Shown: positions 1-14,010 of the stretch, one piece after another
How positions within the stretch are numbered: the stretch's first letter is position 1
Layout: each line of letters begins with the position of its first letter
NCBI RefSeq assembly: GCF_001677475.2
Contig: NZ_CP015229.1
Direction: 5' to 3' (one strand)
DNA: 64,000 nt
From: Escherichia coli
GTDB taxonomy: Bacteria; Pseudomonadota; Gammaproteobacteria; Enterobacterales; Enterobacteriaceae
The notes under the pieces: model-generated
What the model was told of the DNA's origin: nothing
The model's database searches: none
What the model saw: the letters and a program-made list of their open reading frames with translations, nothing else
Made by a program: the position numbers and the translations under genes

Positions 1-283
1 TAAAAGCGTTGCCCAGTTCACGGGCATCCTGGGTACCTTTAACCGTAATACCTGTTTTATCTGACAAGCATTGATTAGTTGAACGATCGCAACGTTCAGC
101 ATGGCGAAACAAAACGACAACCGGGTGCTGCTGTGCCAGTCTGGCCAATGTTTTATTGTCGATACGTGGCAAACCATTGCTACTCCAGGCGGCATGAGTA
201 CCCAGTCCGGCAATTGCAGCGAGCGCCAGTAAAATGATGAAATATTTTTTTGACTTCAATGATGAGCGGCAAAAAGCTAACAC
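1..283 (-). CDS. ais: Lipid A / LPS core heptose(II)-phosphate phosphatase Ais (PmrG), N-terminal part only; gene runs off the window start
   Basis: Reverse-strand translation from a GTG at 283 gives [68 protein letters not shown]..., which I recognise as the Ais N-terminus; not in the ORF track because it is truncated. Divergent from arnB as in K-12. Confidence 0.8.
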
Positions 284-475
284 GTAAACTCCACCTATAG
301 ACAAGCGCAACCAGACAATTACCGTGAAATTGAGCGACATTTCTGGCAATAATTAGCAGTTGGTGTAATATTAAAAATCCTACGATGTCGGCAAAATGCC
401 TCAAATTTTTGCCAAATGCAAAGCCTAAATAAGAAAAAATATAAAAATTTCAATATTTACGTCTAATATTAGTTT

Positions 476-492
476 CTTAAGGTTAAGTTAAT
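476..492 (+). promoter_or_regulatory. Candidate PmrA (BasR) box in the arnB promoter: CTTAAG-N5-GTTAAT direct repeat
   Basis: cttaaggttaagttaat lies about 80-95 bp upstream of the arnB start; it matches the PmrA half-site direct-repeat pattern (YTTAAK-N5-YTTAAK) known for the arn/pbgP promoter. Position and orientation inferred. Confidence 0.5.
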
Positions 493-572
493 ATTCTATC
501 CTTAAAATTTCGCTCCAAATGGCAAAATATACACAACACTCTTTATAGAAAATATAAGTGGACAGGTATTCA

Positions 573-1730
573 ATGGCGGAAGGAAAAGCAATGTCAGAAT
601 TTTTGCCTTTTTCGCGACCAGCAATGGGCGTGGAGGAACTCGCTGCAGTTAAAGAGGTTCTCGAATCCGGTTGGATCACAACCGGTCCGAAGAATCAGGC
701 GCTTGAACAAGCCTTTTGCCAGTTGACGGGAAATCAGCATGCCATCGCGGTCAGTTCAGCCACCGCCGGAATGCATATCACGCTAATGGCGTTGGAAATT
801 GGCAAGAGCGATGAAGTGATTACGCCTTCCCTGACCTGGGTTTCAACCCTCAATATGATTTCCTTGTTGGGTGCAACGCCGGTAATGGTGGATGTCGACC
901 GCGATACGCTGATGGTCACGCCTGAAGCTATCGAGTCAGCCATTACGCCACGCACTAAAGCCATCATTCCGGTGCATTATGCCGGTGCGCCAGCAGATAT
1001 TGACGCCATTCGCGCCATTGGCGAACGTTACGGCATCGCAGTTATCGAAGATGCAGCCCATGCCGTCGGTACGTATTACAAAGGGCGACATATTGGCGCA
1101 AAAGGTACCGCTATTTTTTCGTTTCACGCCATCAAAAATATTACCTGTGCGGAAGGTGGCCTGATTGTTACTGATAATGAAAATCTTGCCCGCCAGCTAC
1201 GGATGCTGAAATTTCACGGTCTGGGTGTCGATGCCTATGACAGACAAACCTGGGGCCGTGCACCGCAGGCTGAAGTCTTAACGCCGGGCTATAAGTACAA
1301 TCTGACCGATATTAACGCCGCGATTGCCCTGACACAGTTAGTCAAATTAGAGCACCTCAACACCCGTCGGCGCGAAATTGCCCTGCAATACCAGCAAGCA
1401 CTGGCAGCTCTCCCCTTTCAGCCATTAAGCCTTCCCGCCTGGCCGCACGTTCACGCCTGGCATCTGTTTATTATTCGTGTCGATGAACAACGTTGTGGTA
1501 TCAGTCGCGATGCGTTGATGGAAGCGTTAAAAGAAAGAGGCATTGGTACCGGGTTACATTTCCGCGCCGCTCACACACAAAAATATTATCGCGAGCGTTG
1601 TCCCACGCTGTCGTTACCGAATACCGAATGGAATAGCGAACGCATCTGTTCGTTGCCGCTGTTCCCGGATATGACTACCGCCGATGCCGACCGCGTCATC
1701 ACAGCCCTTCAGCAACTCGCAGGACAATAA
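573..1730 (+). CDS. arnB: UDP-4-amino-4-deoxy-L-arabinose--oxoglutarate aminotransferase ArnB
   Basis: Track ORF 558..1730; protein [34 protein letters not shown]... matches ArnB. Start set to ATG 573 (385 aa); ATG 591 (MSEF...) has a better Shine-Dalgarno and is an alternative. Confidence 0.92.
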   Translation: MAEGKAMSEFLPFSRPAMGVEELAAVKEVLESGWITTGPKNQALEQAFCQLTGNQHAIAVSSATAGMHITLMALEIGKSDEVITPSLTWVSTLNMISLLGATPVMVDVDRDTLMVTPEAIESAITPRTKAIIPVHYAGAPADIDAIRAIGERYGIAVIEDAAHAVGTYYKGRHIGAKGTAIFSFHAIKNITCAEGGLIVTDNENLARQLRMLKFHGLGVDAYDRQTWGRAPQAEVLTPGYKYNLTDINAAIALTQLVKLEHLNTRRREIALQYQQALAALPFQPLSLPAWPHVHAWHLFIIRVDEQRCGISRDALMEALKERGIGTGLHFRAAHTQKYYRERCPTLSLPNTEWNSERICSLPLFPDMTTADADRVITALQQLAGQ

Positions 1731-2701
<971 letters not shown>

Positions 2702-2702
<1 letters not shown>

Positions 2703-4684
2703 TGAAAACCGTCGTTTTTGCCTACCACGATATGGGATGCCTCGGTATTGAAGCCCTGCTGTCTGCCGGTTACGAAATTAGCGCCATTTTTACCCATACC
2801 GATAATCCCGGTGAAAAAGCCTTTTATGGTTCGGTGGCTCGTCTGGCGGCGGAAAGAGGCATTCCGGTTTATGCGCCGGATAACGTTAATCACCCGCTGT
2901 GGGTGGAACGTATTGCCCAACTCTCACCAGAGGTGATTTTCTCTTTTTATTATCGCCATCTTATTTGCGACGAGATTTTGCAGCTCGCTCCCGCAGGTGC
3001 ATTTAATCTGCATGGTTCGCTGTTACCAAAATATCGTGGTCGCGCGCCGCTGAACTGGGTGCTGGTGAACGGTGAAACGGAAACTGGCGTTACATTGCAC
3101 CGAATGGTGAAACGTGCCGATGCCGGGGCCATTGTGGCGCAACTGCGCATTGCCATTGCGCCAGACGATATCGCTATTACGCTGCATCATAAATTGTGCC
3201 ATGCCGCGCGCCAGCTACTGGAACAGACATTACCCGCCATTAAACACGGTAATATTCTGGAAATCGCCCAGCGCGAAAACGAAGCCACCTGTTTTGGTCG
3301 CAGAACGCCGGATGACAGTTTCCTCGAATGGCATAAGCCGGCATCTGTACTGCACAACATGGTGCGTGCCGTTGCCGATCCGTGGCCGGGTGCCTTCAGC
3401 TATGTTGGCAATCAGAAATTCACCGTCTGGTCGTCGCGTGTTCATCCTCATACCAGCAAAGCACAGCCGGGGAGCGTGATTTCTGTAGCGCCACTGCTGA
3501 TTGCCTGTGGCGATGGCGCGCTGGAAATCGTCACCGGACAGGCGGGCGACGGCATTACTATGCAGGGCTCGCAATTAGCGCAGACGCTGGGCCTGGTGCA
3601 AGGTTCACGCTTGAATAGCCAGCCTGTCTGCACCGCCCGACGCCGTACCCGGGTACTCATCCTCGGGGTGAATGGCTTTATTGGCAACCATCTGACAGAA
3701 CGCCTGCTGCGCGAAGATCATTATGAAGTTTACGGTCTGGATATCGGCAGCGATGCGATAAGCCGTTTTCTGAATCATCCGCATTTTCACTTTGTCGAAG
3801 GCGATATCAGTATTCATTCCGAATGGATTGAGTATCACGTCAAAAAATGTGATGTCGTCTTGCCGCTGGTGGCGATAGCCACGCCGATTGAATATACCCG
3901 CAACCCACTGCGCGTATTTGAACTCGATTTTGAAGAGAATCTGCGCATTATCCGCTACTGCGTGAAGTACCGTAAGCGAATCATCTTCCCATCAACTTCA
4001 GAAGTTTATGGGATGTGTAGCGATAAATACTTCGATGAGGACCATTCTAATTTAATCGTCGGCCCGGTGAATAAACCACGCTGGATTTATTCGGTGTCAA
4101 AACAATTACTTGATCGGGTTATCTGGGCCTATGGCGAAAAAGAGGGTTTACAGTTCACCCTCTTCCGCCCGTTTAACTGGATGGGACCACGACTGGATAA
4201 CCTTAATGCGGCACGAATCGGCAGCTCCCGCGCTATTACGCAACTCATTCTCAATCTGGTAGAAGGTTCACCGATTAAGCTGATTGATGGCGGAAAACAA
4301 AAACGCTGCTTTACTGATATTCGCGATGGTATCGAGGCGTTATACCGCATTATCGAAAATGCGGGAAATCGCTGCGACGGCGAAATTATCAACATTGGCA
4401 ATCCTGATAACGAAGCGAGCATTGAGGAACTGGGCGAGATGCTGCTGGCGAGCTTCGAAAAACATCCGCTGCGCCATCACTTCCCACCGTTTGCGGGCTT
4501 TCGCGTTGTCGAAAGTAGCAGCTACTACGGCAAAGGATATCAGGACGTAGAGCATCGTAAACCGAGCATCCGCAATGCCCGCCGCTGCCTGGACTGGGAA
4601 CCCCAAATTGATATGCAGGAAACCATCGACGAAACGCTGGATTTCTTCCTGCGCACCGTTGATCTTACGGATAAACCATCATGA
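2702..4684 (+). CDS. arnA: Bifunctional UDP-glucuronate decarboxylase / UDP-Ara4N formyltransferase ArnA
   Basis: 660-aa ORF with an N-terminal formyltransferase region ([10 protein letters not shown]) and a C-terminal NAD-dependent dehydrogenase region ([12 protein letters not shown]); start overlaps the arnC stop. Confidence 0.95.
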
Positions 4685-5571
4685 CCAAAGTAGGCTTACG
4701 CATTGATGTCGATACCTTTCGTGGCACCCGTGAAGGCGTGCCGCGTCTGCTGGAAATCTTGAGTAAGCATAATATTCAGGCCAGCATTTTTTTCAGCGTC
4801 GGCCCGGACAATATGGGCCGCCATCTCTGGCGACTGGTGAAGCCACAGTTTTTGTGGAAGATGCTGCGCTCAAACGCGGCATCGCTTTATGGCTGGGATA
4901 TTTTACTGGCAGGTACGGCCTGGCCGGGTAAAGAGATTGGTCATGCCAATGCCGATATCATTCGTGAAGCAGCTAAACATCACGAAGTCGGCCTGCACGC
5001 CTGGGATCACCATGCCTGGCAAGCCCATAGCGGTAACTGGGATCGGCAAACATTGGTCGACGATATTGCACGCGGCCTTCGCACTCTGGAAGAGATTATC
5101 GGTCAACCGGTAACCTGTTCTGCCGCTGCGGGCTGGCGTGCCGACCAGCAGGTGATCGAAGCAAAAGAAGCGTTCCATTTGCGCTACAACAGCGATTGTC
5201 GTGGGGCCATGCCGTTTCGGCCACTGCTCGAATCAGGAAACCCTGGCACTGCGCAAATTCCGGTGACCTTACCCACCTGGGATGAAGTGATTGGTCGGGA
5301 TGTGAAAGCAGAAGATTTTAACGGTTGGTTACTCAACCGCATCCTGCGAGATAAAGGCACGCCGGTTTATACCATTCATGCCGAAGTTGAAGGCTGCGCT
5401 TATCAGCATAATTTTGTGGATCTCCTGAAACGCGCAGCCCAGGAAGGCGTGACATTTTGCCCTTTAAGCGAACTGTTATCAGGGACGTTGCCGCTCGGAC
5501 AAGTTGTTCGCGGAAATATTGCCGGACGTGAAGGCTGGCTGGGTTGCCAACAAATTGCGGGTAGTCGCTGA
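4681..5571 (+). CDS. arnD: 4-deoxy-4-formamido-L-arabinose-phosphoundecaprenol deformylase ArnD
   Basis: 296-aa ORF overlapping the arnA stop by 4 nt; matches ArnD in length and operon position. Confidence 0.93.
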   Translation: MTKVGLRIDVDTFRGTREGVPRLLEILSKHNIQASIFFSVGPDNMGRHLWRLVKPQFLWKMLRSNAASLYGWDILLAGTAWPGKEIGHANADIIREAAKHHEVGLHAWDHHAWQAHSGNWDRQTLVDDIARGLRTLEEIIGQPVTCSAAAGWRADQQVIEAKEAFHLRYNSDCRGAMPFRPLLESGNPGTAQIPVTLPTWDEVIGRDVKAEDFNGWLLNRILRDKGTPVYTIHAEVEGCAYQHNFVDLLKRAAQEGVTFCPLSELLSGTLPLGQVVRGNIAGREGWLGCQQIAGSR

Positions 5572-7223
5572 TGAAATCGGTACGTTACCTTATCGGCCTC
5601 TTCGCGTTTATTGCCTGCTATTACCTGTTACCGATCAGCACGCGTCTGCTATGGCAACCCGATGAAACGCGTTATGCGGAAATCAGTCGGGAAATGCTGG
5701 CATCCGGCGACTGGATTGTGCCCCATCTGTTAGGGCTACGTTATTTTGAAAAACCCATTGCCGGATACTGGATTAACAGCATTGGGCAATGGCTATTTGG
5801 CGCGAATAACTTTGGTGTGCGGGCAGGCGTTATCTTTGCGACCCTGTTAACTGCCGCGCTGGTGACCTGGTTTACTCTGCGCTTATGGCGCGATAAACGT
5901 CTGGCTCTACTCGCCGCAGTGATTTATCTCTCATTGTTTATTGTCTATGCCATCGGCACTTATGCCGTGCTCGATCCGTTTATTGCATTCTGGCTGGTGG
6001 CGGGAATGTGCAGCTTCTGGCTGGCAATGCAGGCACAGACGTGGAAAGGCAAAAGCGCGGGATTTTTACTGCTGGGAATCACTTGCGGCATGGGGGTGAT
6101 GACCAAAGGTTTTCTCGCCCTTGCCGTGCCGGTATTAAGCGTGCTTCCATGGGTTGCATCGCAAAAACGCTGGAAAGATCTCTTTATTTACGGCTGGCTG
6201 GCGGTTATCAGTTGCGTACTGACGGTTCTCCCCTGGGGACTGGCGATAGCGCAGCGGGAGCCTGACTTCTGGCACTATTTTTTCTGGGTTGAGCATATTC
6301 AACGCTTTGCAATGGATGATGCTCAGCATAGAGCTCCGTTCTGGTACTACTTGCCGGTCATCATTGCCGGTAGCCTGCCGTGGCTGGGATTACTCCCCGG
6401 AGCACTGTACGCAGGCTGGAAAAACCGCAAGCATTCCGCAACCGTCTATTTGTTGAGCTGGACGATAATGCCGCTGCTGTTTTTCTCCGTCGCTAAAGGC
6501 AAATTGCCCACCTATATTCTTTCCTGCTTTGCACCTCTGGCAATGCTGATGGCGCATTACGCTTTGCTGGCAGCAAAAAATAATCCTCTGGCGCTGCGGA
6601 TTAATGGCTGGATTAACATCGCTTTTGGTGTCACTGGCATTATTGCCACATTTGTGGTCTCCCCATGGGGACCAATGAACACGCCAGTGTGGCAAACCTT
6701 CGAGAGCTATAAAGTCTTTTGTGCCTGGTCGATTTTTTCGCTATGGGCATTTTTCGGCTGGTACACCTTAACAAACGTCGAAAAGACCTGGTCTTTTGCC
6801 GCGCTTTGCCCGCTGGGGCTGGCGTTGCTGGTAGGATTTTCAATTCCTGACAGAGTCATGGAAGGAAAACATCCGCAATTTTTTGTCGAGATGACACAAG
6901 AATCACTTCAGCCAAGCCGCTATATTCTTACTGATAGCGTCGGTGTTGCCGCAGGTCTGGCATGGAGCCTGCAACGCGATGACATCATCATGTATCGCCA
7001 GACAGGTGAGTTGAAATACGGCCTTAATTATCCGGATGCGAAAGGGAGATTTGTCAGCGGTGATGAGTTCGCAAACTGGCTTAATCAACATCGTCAGGAG
7101 GGGATTATTACACTCGTGCTTTCGGTTGACCGCGATGAAGATATCAACAGTCTCGCCATTCCGCCCGCAGATGCCATCGATCGTCAGGAGCGTCTGGTGC
7201 TGATTCAGTATCGGCCCAAATGA
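5571..7223 (+). CDS. arnT: Undecaprenyl phosphate-alpha-4-amino-4-deoxy-L-arabinose arabinosyl transferase ArnT
   Basis: 550-aa polytopic membrane protein; start overlaps the arnD stop; matches ArnT. Confidence 0.95.
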   Translation: MKSVRYLIGLFAFIACYYLLPISTRLLWQPDETRYAEISREMLASGDWIVPHLLGLRYFEKPIAGYWINSIGQWLFGANNFGVRAGVIFATLLTAALVTWFTLRLWRDKRLALLAAVIYLSLFIVYAIGTYAVLDPFIAFWLVAGMCSFWLAMQAQTWKGKSAGFLLLGITCGMGVMTKGFLALAVPVLSVLPWVASQKRWKDLFIYGWLAVISCVLTVLPWGLAIAQREPDFWHYFFWVEHIQRFAMDDAQHRAPFWYYLPVIIAGSLPWLGLLPGALYAGWKNRKHSATVYLLSWTIMPLLFFSVAKGKLPTYILSCFAPLAMLMAHYALLAAKNNPLALRINGWINIAFGVTGIIATFVVSPWGPMNTPVWQTFESYKVFCAWSIFSLWAFFGWYTLTNVEKTWSFAALCPLGLALLVGFSIPDRVMEGKHPQFFVEMTQESLQPSRYILTDSVGVAAGLAWSLQRDDIIMYRQTGELKYGLNYPDAKGRFVSGDEFANWLNQHRQEGIITLVLSVDRDEDINSLAIPPADAIDRQERLVLIQYRPK

Positions 7224-7555
7224 TCTGGCTAACATTAGTCTTTGCCAGCTTGCTTAGCGTTGCCGGGCAGTTGTGTCAGAAACAAGCAACCTGCTTTGTG
7301 GCGATAAACAAACGGCGCAAACATATCGTGCTGTGGCTGGGACTGGCGCTGGCTTGTCTTGGTCTTGCCATGGTGCTCTGGCTGCTGGTCTTGCAGAACG
7401 TACCGGTAGGCATTGCCTACCCGATGTTAAGTCTGAATTTTGTCTGGGTGACGCTGGCTGCAGTAAAACTGTGGCACGAGCCGGTATCACTGCGTCACTG
7501 GTGTGGGGTGGCATTCATTATTGGCGGCATTGTGATCCTCGGGAGTACGGTGTAA
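7220..7555 (+). CDS. arnE: Undecaprenyl-phosphate-Ara4N flippase subunit ArnE
   Basis: 111-aa small membrane protein overlapping the arnT stop by 4 nt. Confidence 0.9.
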   Translation: MIWLTLVFASLLSVAGQLCQKQATCFVAINKRRKHIVLWLGLALACLGLAMVLWLLVLQNVPVGIAYPMLSLNFVWVTLAAVKLWHEPVSLRHWCGVAFIIGGIVILGSTV

Positions 7556-7941
7556 TGGGCCTGATGTGGGGATTATTCAGCGTCATTATTGCCTCAGCTG
7601 CGCAATTAAGCCTGGGTTATGCGGCGAGTCATCTACCGCCGATGACGCACTTATGGGATTTTATCGCGGCGCTGTTAGCTTTTGGCCTGGATGCCCGGAT
7701 ACTGTTACTCGGGCTGCTGGGTTATCTGCTTTCCGTTTTTTGTTGGTATAAAACGCTACATAAACTTGCGTTAAGCAAAGCCTATGCCTTGCTCAGTATG
7801 AGCTATGTGCTGGTATGGATTGCATCAATGATACTTCCCGGCTGGGAAGGAACTTTTTCGCTGAAGGCACTACTGGGAGTTGCTTGTATTATGAGCGGGT
7901 TGATGTTGATTTTCCTGCCCACGACAAAACAACGTTACTGA
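7555..7941 (+). CDS. arnF: Undecaprenyl-phosphate-Ara4N flippase subunit ArnF
   Basis: The 3' part of track ORF 7273..7941 matches ArnF ([29 protein letters not shown]..., 128 aa); the ATG at 7555 shares a base with the arnE TAA. The upstream 5' extension of the track ORF is an out-of-frame artefact overlapping arnE. Confidence 0.88.
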   Translation: MGLMWGLFSVIIASAAQLSLGYAASHLPPMTHLWDFIAALLAFGLDARILLLGLLGYLLSVFCWYKTLHKLALSKAYALLSMSYVLVWIASMILPGWEGTFSLKALLGVACIMSGLMLIFLPTTKQRY

Positions 7942-8201
7942 GTTTTCCCTGCCGCTGTACACTGCCGTTCCCACTCATCGGGGCTATAACTGCTTGCCGA
8001 GAGGACTTTAACCGTATGCAGCTTTTCACGATTAATACAGTAAAGGGCATTCTGCAAAGGCGAGAGTAAATCCCCCACTTTCACGGCGAAGTCACTCTTC
8101 ACTTCGGCGATCATTTTTATCGCGCCGCCAGCATCGCAGAGCATAAGTACATGTCTGTTATCTTGTTTATTGCAGCACGATTTTTTGACCAGCCATTCCA
8201 T
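7935..8201 (-). CDS. pmrD: Signal transduction connector protein PmrD
   Basis: Track ORF 7935..8231 (98 aa); the known 88-aa PmrD begins [34 protein letters not shown]..., so the start is trimmed to 8201. Its 3' end overlaps the arnF 3' end convergently. Confidence 0.88.
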   Translation of the reverse strand: MEWLVKKSCCNKQDNRHVLMLCDAGGAIKMIAEVKSDFAVKVGDLLSPLQNALYCINREKLHTVKVLSASSYSPDEWERQCTAAGKTQ

Positions 8202-8310
8202 TGCATTATCCTGTTTGCTAAGAGTTTTCACATCAATTTACAGATTAACAGATAAACTCTTTATCAACGGCAATGGAATGGCAGAAATGAGAAGTGAAAC
8301 GGATGGTTAA

Positions 8311-9666
8311 TTATTGCTGGCGTTGCACCCACTCTTTTAGCGCCTGACGTGAAATTTTAATACCACCGTTTTTCAGTTCAGGTGGAAGCGTCAGCCAACG
8401 CACCGGTTGTTGAAAACGGGCCAGCTTATCTTTCACCCATTCGCCAAGATCAACGGTTTGCTGGTCATACTCCACCACCGCTACCGGTCGATGACCAAAC
8501 TCCTTGTCGGCAACGGGAACGATAAACACCTGCAAAACCGCAGGATGTGCAGCAATAACGCGCTCGACTTCTTCTGGCTGAATGCCTTCGCCACCACTGA
8601 AGAACAGATTGTCTAAACGTCCGACAATGGTCAGCTTGCCATTATGCATCTCACCGCGATCGCGCGTGGCGTACCAGCCTTCGTCATTAACCAGTGGAAC
8701 CAGTTGCCCGTTACGCCAGTAACCTTCTGCCATGCTGGCAGCCCGCAGCCACACTTCGTCGTTTACGATTTTCACTTCCCGACCCGGCAGCGGCGAACCG
8801 ACGTCTGCCAGACCGTCGGCTTCTTTCGCACACACCGTGGAGGCAAACTCGGTCAGACCATAGCCGCAAAAGCAACGAATCCCCTGCTCGCGCGCCTGTT
8901 CCGTCAACTCGACCGGAATTGCCGCACCGCCAAGTAACACCGCTTTCAGGGAAACGGAACTGCGGTTAACCAGCAAACGCCAGAGTTGTGTTGGCACCAG
9001 TGAAGCGTGAGTACAGCCTGCCAGCATTTGCTCCAATGGCTGTTTATCACGTACCGTCATCCGCGCACCAGCGTATAACCAGCGCCACATAATTCCCTGA
9101 CCGGAGACGTGAAACAGCGGTAAAGAGAGCAACCAGTCATCGTGCTCGCCAAACGGTATCAGCGATAACACACCTTGCGCACTGGCAAGATGGGCCTGAT
9201 AAGTATGAACAGCGGCTTTCGGCAAACCGGTAGAGCCGGAGGTCAACGTCATTGAGCACAGACGCGTCGGCTGCCACGCAGCGGCATGTGCGCCTTCAAC
9301 CAGCTGAATGTGCAGCGACGTTAACGCCGGAAACGTGTTTTCCCCATCCGGCACCAGCGCAAATTGCAGCGTCAGATTGGGCAGCAATTCTTCAAGCAAC
9401 GGTTGCGGCAGCTGAGGGTTCACGGGCAACACCCGCGCCCCGCATTGCAGTAACGCCAGCCAGGCGAGCAGCGTTTGCGGCGTATTCCACGCCCGCAACA
9501 TCACGCCGCTGCCCTCAACCACACCCTGCGCCGCAAAGCCGGAGGCTAATTCATCGACGCGAGCACAAAGCTCGCGCCAGTTGAGTTGCTCGTCATTAAG
9601 ACGTAAGGCGATGGCTTCTCCCCGCACTTGCCGCCAGTGACGCCACGGCCAGTCAGAGAAGATCAT
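8311..9666 (-). CDS. menE: o-succinylbenzoate--CoA ligase MenE
   Basis: 451-aa ORF with an adenylate-forming enzyme motif (TSGSTGLPK); last gene of the men cluster. Confidence 0.93.
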   Translation of the reverse strand: MIFSDWPWRHWRQVRGEAIALRLNDEQLNWRELCARVDELASGFAAQGVVEGSGVMLRAWNTPQTLLAWLALLQCGARVLPVNPQLPQPLLEELLPNLTLQFALVPDGENTFPALTSLHIQLVEGAHAAAWQPTRLCSMTLTSGSTGLPKAAVHTYQAHLASAQGVLSLIPFGEHDDWLLSLPLFHVSGQGIMWRWLYAGARMTVRDKQPLEQMLAGCTHASLVPTQLWRLLVNRSSVSLKAVLLGGAAIPVELTEQAREQGIRCFCGYGLTEFASTVCAKEADGLADVGSPLPGREVKIVNDEVWLRAASMAEGYWRNGQLVPLVNDEGWYATRDRGEMHNGKLTIVGRLDNLFFSGGEGIQPEEVERVIAAHPAVLQVFIVPVADKEFGHRPVAVVEYDQQTVDLGEWVKDKLARFQQPVRWLTLPPELKNGGIKISRQALKEWVQRQQ

Positions 9667-10625
9667 AACAACCGCTCCAGTGCATCAACTTCCACGACAG
9701 GCAGCGTGCTACCCGGCCAGCGACGTACCTGCTGCGCCTGCATCAGATCCAGCGTGTCCAGCCCTGGAATGGTGTCCGGCGTTAACCAGGCGGCAATCCG
9801 CGCCAGTTGCGTTAAGCCTAAGCTCGATTCAATGGAAGAACTGATCACCGCCGTCAGCCCCACCGCGTGCGCCGCCTGTACCTGCTCGCGTACTTTTTCC
9901 AGACTGCCCGTGAGCGTGGGTTTGATAACTACCGCGCGCACGCCCTCTTCAGCCACAAAGGCAAAATCCGGCTCGCGCAGGCTTTCATCCCAGGCAATGG
10001 CAATGCCGGTTTCACGGGCAAACGCTCGCGAATCATCGCGGGTTTTGCACGGCTCTTCGAGAAACGCGATGCGGTCGCGATAATCCGGGTTAACGTATTT
10101 GGCAAACTGCTGACCTTTCAGCGGTGTCCAGGCGCGATTTGCGTCAAGACGCAAATGCAGATCCGGAATTGCCTCCAGCAACAGATTCACCACCATGCCG
10201 TCGCGCACCGCTTCGTACAATCCCACTTTGACCTTCGCCACTTTCTCGCCAGGCATATCGGCAAGTTTGAGGATCAGATCGTCCGGATCGCCATTACACA
10301 GTGGTGCCGTACGGTAATTGGCCGCCTGCGGGAGCGTATCTGCCAGCTCCGCCAATGCACAGCTTACGCCAAAGGCGACGGAAGGCAGCTGCGGTAATTC
10401 GCAATCGCCTGCCAGCCAGTTATTTACCCAGGCAAGCAGCACACTTTGCGCCTCTTCCCAGGTTTCCTGACTGAAGCCCGGCAGTGGGGAGATCTCCCCC
10501 CACCCTTCGCGCTCGCCTTCACGCAGGCAAACATACAGCCCGTCGCGGGTTTTTAACCGCCTGTCGCGCAGAACCACCCCCGCGTCCATGGGGATCTGCC
10601 AGCGGTATACCTGCGCGCTACGCAT
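9663..10625 (-). CDS. menC: o-succinylbenzoate synthase MenC
   Basis: 320-aa enolase-superfamily ORF; its stop overlaps the menE start by 4 nt. Confidence 0.93.
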   Translation of the reverse strand: MRSAQVYRWQIPMDAGVVLRDRRLKTRDGLYVCLREGEREGWGEISPLPGFSQETWEEAQSVLLAWVNNWLAGDCELPQLPSVAFGVSCALAELADTLPQAANYRTAPLCNGDPDDLILKLADMPGEKVAKVKVGLYEAVRDGMVVNLLLEAIPDLHLRLDANRAWTPLKGQQFAKYVNPDYRDRIAFLEEPCKTRDDSRAFARETGIAIAWDESLREPDFAFVAEEGVRAVVIKPTLTGSLEKVREQVQAAHAVGLTAVISSSIESSLGLTQLARIAAWLTPDTIPGLDTLDLMQAQQVRRWPGSTLPVVEVDALERLL

Positions 10626-11482
10626 TACGGATTCCGTTTAAATTTGCTGAAATCAGGCTGACGTTTCTGGTTGAAGGCGTTGCGACCTTCCTGACCTTCT
10701 TCCGTCATGTAGAACAGCATGGTGGCGTTGCCCGCCAGCTCCTGCAGACCTGCCTGACCGTCACAGTCGGCGTTCAGTGCAGCTTTCAGGCAGCGCAGCG
10801 CCATCGGGCTGTTTTGCAGCATTTCGCGGCACCAACGGACGGTTTCTTTTTCCAGATCCGCCAGCGGTACCACGGTGTTCACAAGGCCCATATCCAGCGC
10901 CTGTTTTGCGTCGTACTGACGGCACAGGAACCAGATTTCACGCGCTTTTTTCTGTCCGACGATGCGAGCCATGTAGGAAGCGCCCCAGCCGCCGTCGAAG
11001 GAACCGACTTTCGGGCCAGTCTGACCGAAGATGGCATTATCTGCCGCGATAGTCAGGTCGCACATCATGTGCAGAACGTGACCGCCGCCGATGGAGTAGC
11101 CAGCCACCATCGCGACAACCGGTTTCGGACAGGTACGGATCTGACGCTGGAAGTCCAGCACGTTCAGGTGATGTACGCCGGAATCATCTTTATAGCCGCC
11201 GTAATCACCACGCACTTTCTGGTCACCACCGGAGCAGAACGCTTTATCGCCTGCGCCAGTCAGAATGATCACCCCGACATTATCGTCATAACGCGCATCT
11301 GCCAGTGCCTGGATCATCTCTTTTACCGTCAGAGGACGGAAGGCATTGCGCACCTGCGGACGATTAATGGTGATTTTTGCGATACCGTCGGTGGATTTTT
11401 CATAACGAATGTCCTCAAAGCCTTCGGAGCAGTCGTGCCATTCAACCGGTGCGTAAAGCATTGCTTCATCAGGATAAATCAT
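10625..11482 (-). CDS. menB: 1,4-dihydroxy-2-naphthoyl-CoA synthase MenB
   Basis: 285-aa crotonase-fold ORF ([48 protein letters not shown]...) matching MenB. Confidence 0.95.
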   Translation of the reverse strand: MIYPDEAMLYAPVEWHDCSEGFEDIRYEKSTDGIAKITINRPQVRNAFRPLTVKEMIQALADARYDDNVGVIILTGAGDKAFCSGGDQKVRGDYGGYKDDSGVHHLNVLDFQRQIRTCPKPVVAMVAGYSIGGGHVLHMMCDLTIAADNAIFGQTGPKVGSFDGGWGASYMARIVGQKKAREIWFLCRQYDAKQALDMGLVNTVVPLADLEKETVRWCREMLQNSPMALRCLKAALNADCDGQAGLQELAGNATMLFYMTEEGQEGRNAFNQKRQPDFSKFKRNP

Positions 11483-11496
11483 ATTGTGTCCTTTAG

Positions 11497-12255
11497 TCAG
11501 AAACGCAAGATCTGCGCCAGACTTGCGATTACGCCAGCGGGATTTTCCCGGTGCGCGTTATGTCCGGCGCGAGGAATGACATGGCAGTCGGCAGCCAGTT
11601 CCGTCGCCAGGGCGCGGAATTTGCTGTCACGTTCACCACATAAATAATAAAACGCAAATGTGCGGGCGCTAAGGTTAGCACGTAAATCAGGCTGAACGGC
11701 GAGAGAAGTCGCCTCCAGCATGGCGGCAAGGGTTGCGCCATTATTGTTGCTGCGCAGCGCCACCAGCTCCCGGCGTTGATCGTCATTGAGTGAGGCAAAA
11801 ACAGGCTGTTGATACCAGTCGGCAAATACCGCCGTTAACGGTTCTGTGAGAAAACGCTGCACCCATTGGCGATCGGAACGCTGACGTTCCGCACGTTGTT
11901 CAGCATTTTGCAGCCCCGGATGCCCGCCTTCGACAACAACCCCACAAAGCCCCGCCAGCCCCTGGCAAGCCGCCATCATCGCCACCCGTCCGCCAAGCGA
12001 GTACCCCACCAGCCAGAAGTCAAGGATGTTGTAACTAACCAAGGTTTTACGCAGTAAGTCGGTGACATCATCAAATCCATCGACGCTAATCGCCGCCGAA
12101 CCACCGTGACCTGGGAGATCAACATACAACCGTGAGTAGTCGGCAAACACCTCGCCCACTTCTTGCCATTCATGGCAATCGCCGGAAAAACCGTGCAAAA
12201 ACACCAGCCAGGGTAAACCTGGTTTACCGTGTTTTGCCTGCGCGTGCAGGATCAT
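11497..12255 (-). CDS. menH: 2-succinyl-6-hydroxy-2,4-cyclohexadiene-1-carboxylate synthase MenH
   Basis: 252-aa alpha/beta hydrolase (GYSLGGR motif) between menD and menB. Confidence 0.92.
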   Translation of the reverse strand: MILHAQAKHGKPGLPWLVFLHGFSGDCHEWQEVGEVFADYSRLYVDLPGHGGSAAISVDGFDDVTDLLRKTLVSYNILDFWLVGYSLGGRVAMMAACQGLAGLCGVVVEGGHPGLQNAEQRAERQRSDRQWVQRFLTEPLTAVFADWYQQPVFASLNDDQRRELVALRSNNNGATLAAMLEATSLAVQPDLRANLSARTFAFYYLCGERDSKFRALATELAADCHVIPRAGHNAHRENPAGVIASLAQILRF

Positions 12256-13922
12256 AAATGGCTTACCTGCGCCAGCAGTTGCTGGAGTGTTTGCGCACCA
12301 TCGGTGTCGTTAACCACCATTTCAATTACCGTGGTGGTCGGCGTGCGCCAGGCATCGGCAAGTGCAGTTTCAAGTTCCTGCCAGTTTTGCGGACGATGAT
12401 ATTTCAGCTCGAACATCGCGGCGGCGTGCTCAAAATGGACGTTTTGCGGCATCAGATAGAAACGCTCGCGCTCGTTTTTCGGCGTTGGCAACAGCGAGAA
12501 AATTTGCCCGCCGTTGTTGTTCACCACAATTAATACCAGCGGCGCGGAAACCTGACGTAATAACGCCAGCGCGTTGAGATCGTAAAGAGCTGAGAGATCG
12601 CCCACTATCGCCAGCGTCGGTTTGCCGCTTGCCCGCTGTACGCCTGCGGCGGTCGAAAGCAGTCCGTCGATACCGCTGGCCCCACGGTTGCTGTACACCG
12701 GGAAACCAGCCGGAAGTTGCGAAAGCGCATCTATCAAACGTACCACCAGGCTGTTGCCAACAAACAGTTGCCCCTGTTCAGGTAAATAGTCGCAGATGCG
12801 ATGCGCCAGTTGTGCTTCGCCAAACGCATCGCGACGGGCAATAACCGCCTGCATTGCCTGTTCCGCCAGGCGCGGAATTTCAACGCACCAGGGCTGGCGT
12901 TTTTCTGCCGGATGCTGCTCCAGCCAGTCGGCAATATTGGCAATTAAGCGACGTCCGCGATGGTGTGCCGGATCAAGTCGCCCTTCGATGTCATCAACAA
13001 TCCAGTACTCTTCCGGTTCACAGCTTGCCTGCCATTGCAGGAGCCGTTTGCCCGTCAGGCTGCTTCCCAGTTGCACCACAATTTGTGCCTGTTGCAGTTC
13101 GCTGGTCGCTTTGGCATTGCCTAACCAGAGATCGGCACACGGCAGCGGCTGTCCGGTTTGCGACAGCACGTCGCCAATCAGCGGCCAGCCAAGAGTTTGC
13201 GCCCACAGTGCAACTTTTTTGCCCTCTTCCGCACTCATGCGCCCGGCAACCACCACGCCGCGCTTTTGTCGCCAGAAGAACCAGTCGCGCTGTTTTTCAC
13301 TTTCCAGACGAGGCGCTTCACGCAGCCACGGTTTGTCGTCCTGCCACCAGTCGCCCAGCCGCTGTTGCCAGCTAAGCCCGGTGTCGTCCATTTCGCCATA
13401 CAGCGGTTCAGCAAACGGGCAGTTGATATGGACTCCACCAGCATGAAGCGTACCGAGAGCGTGGTCGATGGTAGAAACCAGCCAACGTGCGGGGATATCC
13501 TGGGTCGGGCGCGGCAGTGAAATACTATGCGTGGGGTGAGAGGCGAACATTCCCGGCTGACGAATCGCCTGATTCGCGCCGCAGTCAATTAGCTCCGGCG
13601 GGCGATCGGCGGTTAACAGGATCAGTTTTTCTCCGGTTAACCCGGCTTCAATCAGTGCAGGATAGAGATTTGCTACCGCCGTGCCGGAGGTCACAATCAC
13701 AGCCACCGGCTGCTTGCTGACTTTCGCCAGCCCCAGCGCCAGATGCCCCAGTCCACGCTCATCGAAATGGGTGTGGTGAATGAATGCGGAATTCTCCGCC
13801 GCCGCTAACGTTAACGGTGTAGAACGCGAGCCAGGGGCGATACAGATGTGTCTGACGCCGTGACGCGTTAATGCTTCCAGAATGACCGCCGCCCAGCGTC
13901 GGTTAAATGCGCTTACTGACAT
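12252..13922 (-). CDS. menD: SEPHCHC synthase MenD (thiamine-diphosphate dependent)
   Basis: Track ORF 12252..14273 is over-extended; the known 556-aa MenD begins [37 protein letters not shown]..., which puts the start at 13922. Confidence 0.92.
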   Translation of the reverse strand: MSVSAFNRRWAAVILEALTRHGVRHICIAPGSRSTPLTLAAAENSAFIHHTHFDERGLGHLALGLAKVSKQPVAVIVTSGTAVANLYPALIEAGLTGEKLILLTADRPPELIDCGANQAIRQPGMFASHPTHSISLPRPTQDIPARWLVSTIDHALGTLHAGGVHINCPFAEPLYGEMDDTGLSWQQRLGDWWQDDKPWLREAPRLESEKQRDWFFWRQKRGVVVAGRMSAEEGKKVALWAQTLGWPLIGDVLSQTGQPLPCADLWLGNAKATSELQQAQIVVQLGSSLTGKRLLQWQASCEPEEYWIVDDIEGRLDPAHHRGRRLIANIADWLEQHPAEKRQPWCVEIPRLAEQAMQAVIARRDAFGEAQLAHRICDYLPEQGQLFVGNSLVVRLIDALSQLPAGFPVYSNRGASGIDGLLSTAAGVQRASGKPTLAIVGDLSALYDLNALALLRQVSAPLVLIVVNNNGGQIFSLLPTPKNERERFYLMPQNVHFEHAAAMFELKYHRPQNWQELETALADAWRTPTTTVIEMVVNDTDGAQTLQQLLAQVSHL

Positions 13923-14010
13923 GAGTTTGTCCGGTATCAATATTGCGGCTAAGTATAAGGAGCTACAAAAATAGATTATTGATATGAATCGGTAATGATG
14001 CGACTCATTA

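Noticed and set aside
180-404. 74-aa minus-strand ORF near the window start
   Set aside because: It is in a different frame from ais and overlaps the ais 5' end and promoter; the true product here is Ais from the GTG at 283.
7273-7941. 222-aa ORF covering arnF with a long 5' extension
   Set aside because: The extension is out of frame with arnE and overlaps it; only the last 128 codons (from 7555) match ArnF.
8202-8310. Possible PhoP box in the pmrD promoter (gtttat...aatctg on the minus strand)
   Set aside because: Only a loose resemblance to the (T/G)GTTTA-N5-(T/G)GTTTA consensus; I could not place both half-sites convincingly by eye.
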